Part shown: positions 56,575-64,000 of the stretch, in pieces
Position numbering within the stretch: position 1 is the stretch's first letter
Layout of the letters: every line of letters starts with the position of its first letter
Origin: Planctomycetaceae bacterium
Lineage (GTDB): Bacteria; Planctomycetota; Planctomycetia; Planctomycetales; Planctomycetaceae
Assembly (NCBI GenBank): GCA_041688565.1
Contig: JBDNHX010000303.1
Span: 7,296 to 71,295 of the forward strand
DNA: 64,000 nucleotides
Direction of reading: 5' to 3'
Program-made: the position numbers and the translations under genes
The notes under the pieces: model-generated
Told to the model about the DNA's origin: nothing
What the model saw: the letters and a program-made list of their open reading frames with translations, nothing else
Databases searched by the model: none

Positions 56575-58005
56575 GTGACTCACGATATTTATGAAAACCC
56601 GCTGATCACTCGTTATGCATCCCGCGACATGGCCGGCATCTGGTCTGCGCAAACCAAGCATTCGACGTGGCGTCGGCTGTGGATTGCCCTGGCCGAATGC
56701 CAGCAGAAACTGGGCCTGAACATCACCAACGAACAGCTGGCCGAAATGCGGGCGTCTGTCGACAACATCGATTTTGAGTCGGCCGACCGATATGAACGCA
56801 AGCTGCGCCATGACGTGATGGCTCACGTGCATGCGTGGGGCGATCAGTGTCCGACGGCGCGACCGATCGTTCATCTGGGCGCGACCAGTTGTTTTGTGAC
56901 CGATAATTCCGAACTGATCCAGATGCGCGACAGTCTTCAACTGGTGCGTCGGCGGCTGGTTCAGGTGATCGATCAGCTGGCAAAGTTCGCGGTAAGCTTC
57001 CGTGACCTGCCATGTCTTGGATTTACTCACCTTCAGCCTGCGCAGCCGACAACCGTCGGAAAGCGAGCCACTCTGTGGTGCTGGGATCTGATGCTGGATC
57101 TTGAGGAAGTTGAGCATCGTCTGGCGACTCTGCGTTTCCGAGGAGTCAAAGGCACGACGGGGACTCAGGCCACGTTTCTGTCGCTCTTCAAGGGCGATCA
57201 TGGAAAAGTCGTGGAGCTCGATCGCATGGTGACCGAACGCATGGGCTTTGCCGAATATCATCCCGTCACCGGTCAGACGTATTCGCGAAAAGTGGATGCG
57301 CAGATCATGGCCGTGCTGAATGGAGTCGCGCAGACATGTCACAAAGCGGGAACTGATGTTCGTATTCTGCAGCATCGTAAAGAAGTGGAAGAACCGTTTG
57401 GCAAGGAACAAGTTGGTTCCTCGGCCATGGCCTACAAACGCAATCCGATGCGCAGCGAACGGATGTGTGCCCTGTCCCGGTTTGCCATGAGCCTTCAATC
57501 GGGCATTGACAATACGATGGCCACGCAATGGATGGAGCGAACTTTGGATGACAGCGCTATTCGTCGCCTGTCGATGCCTCAGGCGTTTCTTGCCATCGAC
57601 GCCTGTCTGATTCTTTACCGAAACATCACTGACGGTATGGTCGTATATCCAAAAGTCATCGAGAAGAATTTGAATTCAGAACTGCCATTCATGGCGACTG
57701 AAGAAATTCTGATGGCCGGAGTGCAGGCTGGTGGTGATCGCCAGGAACTGCATGAAGTGATCCGCGTCCACAGTCAGAAAGCGGCGGATCGCGTGAAGAC
57801 GCAGGGCGACGCCAACGATCTGATCGAACGGCTCAAAGGCGAACAGTCGTTTGCGTCAGTTGACCTCGACGGCACGCTGGACGCTCGGCTTTACATCGGC
57901 CGCGCTCCGGAGCAGGTGGATTCGTTTATTGCCAATTGCGTAGAACCCGTTCGCAGAAAATATGCGGCTGATCTGGGCATCAGCACAGAAGATCTGCGAG
58001 TCTGA
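56575..58005 (+). CDS. purB: adenylosuccinate lyase
   Basis: [12 protein letters not shown] is at the N-terminus. The fumarate-lyase signature is [15 protein letters not shown]. 476 aa. Confidence 0.9.
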   Translation: MTHDIYENPLITRYASRDMAGIWSAQTKHSTWRRLWIALAECQQKLGLNITNEQLAEMRASVDNIDFESADRYERKLRHDVMAHVHAWGDQCPTARPIVHLGATSCFVTDNSELIQMRDSLQLVRRRLVQVIDQLAKFAVSFRDLPCLGFTHLQPAQPTTVGKRATLWCWDLMLDLEEVEHRLATLRFRGVKGTTGTQATFLSLFKGDHGKVVELDRMVTERMGFAEYHPVTGQTYSRKVDAQIMAVLNGVAQTCHKAGTDVRILQHRKEVEEPFGKEQVGSSAMAYKRNPMRSERMCALSRFAMSLQSGIDNTMATQWMERTLDDSAIRRLSMPQAFLAIDACLILYRNITDGMVVYPKVIEKNLNSELPFMATEEILMAGVQAGGDRQELHEVIRVHSQKAADRVKTQGDANDLIERLKGEQSFASVDLDGTLDARLYIGRAPEQVDSFIANCVEPVRRKYAADLGISTEDLRV

Positions 58006-58498
58006 ACCAGGTTCCGATTGAGAATCGGCGTCTTCTGATCTTCTGAAGATCAGAGCGGGCTAAAAGAGGCTTTCCTGCTCTGCGTAATCCATGCAGTTTT
58101 CCCAAGGCATGGATCTCACCTGTGAGAGAGATTTCCAGTGAGGTGGACATGTTCAGGTCCTTATGAGCCCGAGCGGCTTCGGTCTTGAGGCGTTTGTCAA
58201 TTTTACGGTAAAAACCGCTGGTTCACCGAAAAACCAGACCGGTGAAAGCATTCCAGGAGAGCTGCCTGGAATGCCACAATTCGTTAAGTCGTTGCCTTCA
58301 GGGTTCGTAGACGGTACGGATTATGCGGGCGAAGGCGAATGGAACTATCGCATCGTGTTTCCGGATGTGGTATCGGCAAATCGCTGCTCGCCACGAGTGG
58401 TCAGCAGCGGTATATTGGCGGATCTGCAGGGCTCTCCCAGACTACTTAAAGTAGCAAATTTATGAAGATGCTCCAAAAATACATCAGGCAAGGATGGC

Positions 58499-61400
58499 AT
58501 GTTTAGCTTGAATTCTTTTCCGCTGGGCACCCGCTTTGCCCGATTCGCTTCAGCGGCTGCTGCAGGAGTTGTCACGGCGCAATTGTCTGCGAACTGGCTG
58601 ACGCTTTGCGGAAATTCCCCCGCGTCACTTATGGCGTTTGCCCTTGGGCTGGCGACCGGGCTGCTCGTAGCTGGCTGGGCAATCGATTTTCTGCCGCTTT
58701 ACAATCTGGTGGGACGACGAAAAAGAACCCCCGCCATATGCCTGGCGATCCTGGTAATCTTTCTGTGCTCGGTGACACCGGAAATTCTTACCAGCACTCT
58801 GCTGGCGGGTACGGAAACATCCGGAAGTGCTACGGGATTCAACGCCTTCAAAGCGATGTTGTTTCCTGCACTTTCGGTGGCAATGATCGTGGCCTGTTCC
58901 AGTCTCTACTTTCAGTCCATTGCCTCCACTGAAGATTCGATCTGGGTGCAGTCGTTCCTGTTTGGCAGTGTGGGTGTGCTGGCTCTGCTGCTTCACAGTT
59001 TCGTGGAATGGCCTCTGGCGGCCACATCGTCTGCCGCCATCATCGTCTCTTTGATCGCCTGTCGCCTGTTCAAGCCGCTGTCTTTCCTTGCAGGCGTTGA
59101 TGAAAGTATTTCTGCCGGACCGCCACAGAAGCCACTGCCTGAAATTCTGATGCATTTTGGGGCTACCGGGATTCTGCTTGTTGGCATCATCGAGGGTCTT
59201 TCACGTTTGTTTCCGGTCAGCCTTCCAGTTCTTGTCGCAGCGATTGGAATCACTGCCGCTGGCGTCCTTGGATTATCGTCCGGCACCAGTGTTCGCGTTT
59301 TCCGCGCCGCGGGTCTGAATACCATATCGTTACTGATTCTGGCACTCTTTCCAGTCTTGTTTGCCGTCCTTGGAGAGATGAATCTCTGGGGCAATACCAA
59401 CGTGGGTTCTTCTTCTGTTGTGATTGCGCTGCGAGCCCTGCAGCTGGCCACTCTGCTGATCGCGGCAGTGCTGCCCGCAGTTCTGTCGGTGCGGGAAGAC
59501 CGCCGCCGAATGGTCGGTCAGCTGGCACTGTTGGCCGTCATTCCGGGAATTCTCCTGGGGCTGGTTTTGATTGGACAGGGGTTCTCGCCGGTTGTGTTGC
59601 TGGCTGTTGGGATCTTGTGCCAGGCGATCGCGACGATCCTTGATTTCCGAGCTACAAGTTCTGATCGAATTGTCCCCGTTAAAGTGAGATCATTGGCTAT
59701 TCCGCGTGGCGCTTCCATGGGGCTGCTGCTGATCCCTGTGATCGCACTGTGTGGAAATCTCGATTCGACCCGGATTTCGTCGCTCATCTTTTCACCTCGC
59801 ACTGCAGCGGCGATTGAACGCGGTGTGGATAAAGACCTGATTGCGGAATCTGACGCCAATCGGCTTCTTGTAACCTGCTCTGGTGCGTCGGGCGAACTGT
59901 CTGTCTGGCGCCGCGCGGGGAATGTGGTGGAGTTCCAGCGGAACGGCATTTCGCTGGGTCGCGTCAGTACGGATATCAAGCAATCTCCTCAGCCGGCGGA
60001 AGAAGTTCTGCCCGGCATCCTTGCGATGGCCAATCATGAAAAGCCAGGCCGCGTTCTCATTCTGGGCGATGATACGGGCGCCTGTCTTCGGTCGTGCAGT
60101 CATTTTCCCGTTCAGGAAATTGTGGCTATTCGATCGGACATGCGGCTGACGAGTCTGGTGACGCGTTTTACCTGGAGCACCGATGAATTTCCTGCGGACA
60201 AAGATAGCCGAGTCCGAATTTTGCACGCTCCTCAAACCATGGCATTGAGAGACCGCGGCCTGAAAAGCTTTGATGTGATCGTGGCCTCGTCGGAATCTCC
60301 TGCGTCGCTCGGTGGCGCCTCGGAGTTTACCAGCGAATATTACTTTGCTGTCAAATCCCGCATGTTACCGGCCGCTGTTTTTTGTCAGCGATTTCGGCAG
60401 CAGGGCCTGGGGCCTGAGGCTCTCAGAGTCACCCTTGTCTCGATGTCACGAATCTTCCTGCATGTGGGCATGGTGCAGATCGTGCCGGGTGAAATTGCTC
60501 TGATTGCCACCGACAATTCCAAAGGTCTGGTCGACCACGACATCCTTGCTCGCCTTCAGCGAGATCATGTGCGTCGCGAGATTGCGTCGACGGGCTGGGA
60601 CTGGTCTCAGATTGCCGTACTTCCGTTGATTGATGCAGGAGACCCGATTGGCATTTTCAGCAAGGCACAGCTGCCGAAGTCTGTAACCATCGCGAATGGT
60701 GGTTTTATCATGCAGCTGCCGTTTGAACTGGCGCGAGTCGGGCTGAAGTCTGAAGAAACTCGTCTGGCATTTGGGGCTCATCAGATTCAGCTGGTGCAGG
60801 CAATTCCGCACAACAAAGATCACGACGAAGTGCAGCGACGCCTGACGGCTCTGGCCCAGCAAACAGAAATTCTGGCCGGCATGCCCGATCAGCCGTGGAC
60901 GTATCGCAAGTCTCTGCGAATGGAAATGCAACGCAGTCCGCGTCCGCCTTTGGAAGTTGTTCAGAACGGTGAGATCGTTAAGAGTCTCCATCCACTGGAT
61001 TTGTTCAGTCGAGACTATTTCCAGACCCTCGGCAGTGCTCTGAAATCGATCTCCAGCTCCAGCTCGGTGGCATTGGCGGCGATCGGCGGGCTGGAACGGT
61101 TTACAGAAAACCCGGAACCACTGCTGAGCTATTTTGCCCACTATGAAATCGTCCGTCTCCATGAACTCGCACAGCATCCGTCACCGGCGGATGAACTGCG
61201 TCATCGCCTGCATATTGTGTTCTTCAGTTCGCCTTCGGATGCGTCCGTGCGACCGGTGATTTCCGCTCTGGATCAGCTTGTCAATCAGCCCGCTTTGATT
61301 GAGGACCCGGCGGAACGATACGATATGCTGAACTCTCTGCTGCAGAAGCTGATTGAACGCTGGGAAGCCAGAACCGCCTGGGAGCCTCGGTCTGCTCTTC

Positions 61401-61672
61401 GCGTTCAGAATGACGTGGATCAGTCTGTTCGGATCGCCAATCTCGCGCTCGATCAGATGGAGACCAATGCGAGTGCTGCTACGGTCAGGACTGCGGATTT
61501 TCTGCGTCGACGCAGATACATCAATGCGGCTCTGATCTCACCGCTGCGGAATTACCGGGACCAGGTGCTGGCTCATCGACAGAAGACAGAAATCCCGGCC
61601 GAGCCGGATTCCGAAGATCCCAACGATATGCCGCTGCTCCTGAATTCCGACCAGTCCCTGCACAGCAATTGA
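58499..61672 (+). CDS. polytopic membrane protein fused to a spermidine-synthase-like (class I MTase fold) domain and a helical C-terminal region
   Basis: The N-terminal approximately 430 aa have at least 10 hydrophobic segments. The middle region GRVLILGDDTGACLRS...QEIVAIRSD...FDVIVASSESP follows the spermidine synthase layout, but the GGGDG motif is replaced by GDDTG. Confidence 0.5.
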   Translation: MFSLNSFPLGTRFARFASAAAAGVVTAQLSANWLTLCGNSPASLMAFALGLATGLLVAGWAIDFLPLYNLVGRRKRTPAICLAILVIFLCSVTPEILTSTLLAGTETSGSATGFNAFKAMLFPALSVAMIVACSSLYFQSIASTEDSIWVQSFLFGSVGVLALLLHSFVEWPLAATSSAAIIVSLIACRLFKPLSFLAGVDESISAGPPQKPLPEILMHFGATGILLVGIIEGLSRLFPVSLPVLVAAIGITAAGVLGLSSGTSVRVFRAAGLNTISLLILALFPVLFAVLGEMNLWGNTNVGSSSVVIALRALQLATLLIAAVLPAVLSVREDRRRMVGQLALLAVIPGILLGLVLIGQGFSPVVLLAVGILCQAIATILDFRATSSDRIVPVKVRSLAIPRGASMGLLLIPVIALCGNLDSTRISSLIFSPRTAAAIERGVDKDLIAESDANRLLVTCSGASGELSVWRRAGNVVEFQRNGISLGRVSTDIKQSPQPAEEVLPGILAMANHEKPGRVLILGDDTGACLRSCSHFPVQEIVAIRSDMRLTSLVTRFTWSTDEFPADKDSRVRILHAPQTMALRDRGLKSFDVIVASSESPASLGGASEFTSEYYFAVKSRMLPAAVFCQRFRQQGLGPEALRVTLVSMSRIFLHVGMVQIVPGEIALIATDNSKGLVDHDILARLQRDHVRREIASTGWDWSQIAVLPLIDAGDPIGIFSKAQLPKSVTIANGGFIMQLPFELARVGLKSEETRLAFGAHQIQLVQAIPHNKDHDEVQRRLTALAQQTEILAGMPDQPWTYRKSLRMEMQRSPRPPLEVVQNGEIVKSLHPLDLFSRDYFQTLGSALKSISSSSSVALAAIGGLERFTENPEPLLSYFAHYEIVRLHELAQHPSPADELRHRLHIVFFSSPSDASVRPVISALDQLVNQPALIEDPAERYDMLNSLLQKLIERWEARTAWEPRSALRVQNDVDQSVRIANLALDQMETNASAATVRTADFLRRRRYINAALISPLRNYRDQVLAHRQKTEIPAEPDSEDPNDMPLLLNSDQSLHSN

Positions 61673-61797
61673 ACAACAATAATGCGAAGGAAAGCATCGA
61701 GCGGAAAATAAGTGTGAACATGGTTGACGGATATGGATTCCCGTTCAGCAGCATTCGAAATGCTGTTTCCCCTCCCGGTGCCGGAAAAGCGAAGGCC

Positions 61798-62964
61798 ATG
61801 CGAATGATCGCCTCAATCAAGTGTGCTCGTTGTGTTGTCTTTCTCGCCGCGGTCATGGGACTTTCCCCTTCGGGACTGGCTCAGCAGCCGTCTGGCACAA
61901 TAGCGTCGGCGAAACCCAGCCGGGCCGATCAGGAAGACAAACCGGTCGCACGAACGCTGGACCTTGACGTTCTGATTCAGCCCCAACCGGTTTATCGAGT
62001 GAAAGCGCAGGAGTGGGGCCGGGCACTTCAGGACACAGGCTACACGCCTCAATTTCGCCAGCCGAAACCCGGTGAGGAAACTGGAGTCCGGGATCTGGAA
62101 ACCGACGGGCGACTGTCGGTCATTGTGGTGTTTGGAATGTCGCCTGACGGTTCAATCCGAATCGGCAATAAAAAATTCACTCTGGCCAACATCAAGGAAC
62201 TCAAAGCGTTTTTGGACGAACAGGTGGCTTACGGAGCAGGTGGACCGCCCGACAAAAGTCCGCTCTGGGGAATGACTGATGAACAGCTGCTCGAACTGAC
62301 CAGACTTCTCGCCGAACCAGTCCATGGGGCGGTAGAGATTCAGTCGCCTTTGATCACGGTGGAATCGCTCGGTCTTCCGCCAAACGTTAGACTGACCTTC
62401 GCCGATGCGGCTCGTGAAAAATCGCTTGCAGGCCGTCCGAGCTTTGCACCGGAAACGATCGACCTGGATGGGTACAGCAAAGGGACGGCGGTCGCGATTG
62501 TCCTGGCGCAGTACGGTCTGGGATTTCGCCCGCGCCGAATCGCCGCCAACAGTTATGAGATCGAAATTGATGGCGGGGATGAATCCGACAATCTTTGGCC
62601 AGCGGGCTGGAAGACTCAGGAAACCACCGCAGTGACATTGCCCGTGTATCTGAAGTCGATTCCAGTGGACGTCGAAGATGCAGAAGTCAGCCAGCTGCTC
62701 CAGGTGGTTTCAGATCGTCTGAAGATCCCTGTCTACCGTTCTTCGTTTGCTCTTACTTCGGCAGGCCGGGATCTGGACACGCTGACCTACACGCGGAAGA
62801 ACGACAAAGTTTCCCCGTCACGGCTGCTCACATCGATCGGCGACAAGCTGCAGCTGGGGTTTGATGTGCGAGTCGATGAAGGCGGCAAGCTGTTTCTGTG
62901 GGCCACCACCAGTGAAGAATCGATGGCCTTTCGAACTCGGTTTGCTCATGTGAAACAAAAGTAG
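61798..62964 (+). CDS. secreted hypothetical protein
   Basis: ATG at 61798 gives the signal peptide MRMIASIKCARCVVFLAAVMGLSPSGLAQQ. No motif was recognised. Confidence 0.5.
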   Translation: MRMIASIKCARCVVFLAAVMGLSPSGLAQQPSGTIASAKPSRADQEDKPVARTLDLDVLIQPQPVYRVKAQEWGRALQDTGYTPQFRQPKPGEETGVRDLETDGRLSVIVVFGMSPDGSIRIGNKKFTLANIKELKAFLDEQVAYGAGGPPDKSPLWGMTDEQLLELTRLLAEPVHGAVEIQSPLITVESLGLPPNVRLTFADAAREKSLAGRPSFAPETIDLDGYSKGTAVAIVLAQYGLGFRPRRIAANSYEIEIDGGDESDNLWPAGWKTQETTAVTLPVYLKSIPVDVEDAEVSQLLQVVSDRLKIPVYRSSFALTSAGRDLDTLTYTRKNDKVSPSRLLTSIGDKLQLGFDVRVDEGGKLFLWATTSEESMAFRTRFAHVKQK

Positions 62965-62999
62965 CAAAGGCTGTTCGTGATTCTCCGCCGGCGGTTATG

Positions 63000-63061
63000 T
63001 CCGGCGGTGAAGTCCGGCGGTGAAGTCCGGTGGCAGGTCCGGTGGCAGGTCCGGTGGCAGG
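63000..63061. repeat. short tandem repeat (2 x 13 nt + 3 x 12 nt)
   Basis: TCCGGCGGTGAAG x2 is followed by TCCGGTGGCAGG x3, between convergent stops at 62964 and 63090. Confidence 0.9.
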
Positions 63062-63089
63062 TCGGGATGATGGGCGGGCGATTGGGAAA

Positions 63090-64000
63090 TCAGATCAGAA
63101 TCCGAGCCCACCGGAGACTCATACAGTCGGGGACTCCTGCGTACCATGCCACCAGCACAGTGCGATCATCGATCTGACAGACGGCCGGATGACCGAAACT
63201 CCACTTGCCCATGTCCTCCCAGTACTGCGCAAAGTCGATGTTCTCTTTTCCCTGGCTGAGCGCTGCGGATTCCTGATGAACATGGACGATGAATTTAAGT
63301 TCCGTGGGCCACGATTCTCCGCGATCTATGGAACACCATAAAGTCATCGTGCCCGGACAATCGCGGTCGACCACAAAGGCCAGCAATCGCCCATCAGAAA
63401 GCCACAACGGCGCAGCAATCTGCCCGGGCAATGCCGTGTCCTGAATGGCGGCCAGCTTCAACGAATCGCCGGCAGAAGATTTTGCCAGCTGGCCATGCCG
63501 CATATGGACGGTCAGGTCCCGTTTGTTGGCCAGATCGTGAGTCCAGAACAGCGCCGTCCACTCCCCGGGCTGCAATCCCACGCACAAACGCTGGTCCCAA
63601 TAATAGATAGTATGCTGCGGATGTTGAGCCACCTGCAGCGGTTCAGAGAACGACTCGCCGCCGTCATGTGACACCATCATCCAGGCGGCATGTCGACCGG
63701 GCGCCGGGTCATCAAATTCCTTGAAGCTTTCAAACAGCACGGCCAGAGTTCCATCGGCCCATCGCAGGCAGGGACCCGTCAACGCGCAGCCCTTCAGGTT
63801 GCCTGTGGATAAAATTTGCCAATCGCTCCAGGTTTCTCCCTGATCGGACGACACACTCAGCAGCTGTTGCGACTTCAGAATGCCCTCCGTCACTGGATCG
63901 AACAGCGGTCGATCCGGATCGCTTCGATCAAACCAGGTGGCGACGAGAAGCAAACGACCGGGCGACGCTTCGATCATCTCAGCGGAAGCGAGCTCGCCCG
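63090..64000 (-). CDS. BNR/Asp-box repeat (sialidase-fold) protein, 5' end outside the window
   Basis: Asp-box motifs SSDQGETWS, SHDGGESFS and SIDRGESWP are present. The frame stays open upstream of the ATG at 63977 to the window edge. Confidence 0.7.
   Translation of the reverse strand, partial: GELASAEMIEASPGRLLLVATWFDRSDPDRPLFDPVTEGILKSQQLLSVSSDQGETWSDWQILSTGNLKGCALTGPCLRWADGTLAVLFESFKEFDDPAPGRHAAWMMVSHDGGESFSEPLQVAQHPQHTIYYWDQRLCVGLQPGEWTALFWTHDLANKRDLTVHMRHGQLAKSSAGDSLKLAAIQDTALPGQIAAPLWLSDGRLLAFVVDRDCPGTMTLWCSIDRGESWPTELKFIVHVHQESAALSQGKENIDFAQYWEDMGKWSFGHPAVCQIDDRTVLVAWYAGVPDCMSLRWARILI

Noticed and set aside
56521-57528. 335-aa ORF antisense to purB
   Set aside because: purB has the fumarate-lyase signature on the + strand. 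The antisense product is featureless.
58163-58465. 100-aa ORF in the purB downstream intergenic region
   Set aside because: There is no motif, no clear ribosome-binding site and atypical composition, so the evidence is insufficient.
61669-61797. TTG start at 61669 overlapping the upstream stop (apparent translational coupling)
   Set aside because: The first 43 codons lack signal-peptide character. The ATG at 61798 gives a clean signal peptide (MRMIASIKCARCVVFLAAVMG...), so the upstream extension is probably not translated.

Overview
This 64-kb window is a high-GC bacterial chromosome segment, and every identification below comes from motif recognition by eye because no homology search was run. 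Gene content points to Planctomycetota, which is an inference: a PSCyt/DUF1549/DUF1553 + DUF1501 gene pair, a second DUF1501 gene, a 2293-aa TPR protein, a VWA membrane protein and many short palindromic interspersed repeats. Most of the window is housekeeping or envelope genes: uup, nadC, nadE, hisS, purB, tRNA-Ser(GCT), a Ser/Thr kinase, a TolC-like protein, an EamA transporter, DUF885, a beta-lactamase/DUF1343 fusion and a VanX-like dipeptidase. Three regions stand out. (1) 16.7-21.7 kb holds an eroded subtype I-C CRISPR-Cas locus. A cas5 N-terminal fragment abuts a cas3 C-terminal fragment, and cas8c, cas7 and cas4 are absent. A GNAT/DUF1778 toxin-antitoxin pair and a REP-flanked RAYT (IS200-like Y1 transposase) sit inside the locus, while cas1 and cas2 remain full length and are followed by only one repeat-like sequence. 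(2) 1.9-4.9 kb carries a free-standing adenylating enzyme + carrier protein + E2/CAT-fold acyltransferase trio with no recognisable pathway context. (3) 38.1-39.9 kb is an AT-richer islet with a start-less DUF262 gene, a HEPN-like gene whose Rx4H motif reads Rx4Y, and a C5 DNA methyltransferase reduced to motif I plus motifs IX-X. At least six families of short hairpin-forming interspersed repeats fill the intergenic regions. I found no intact novel multi-gene system that I can defend beyond these candidates.
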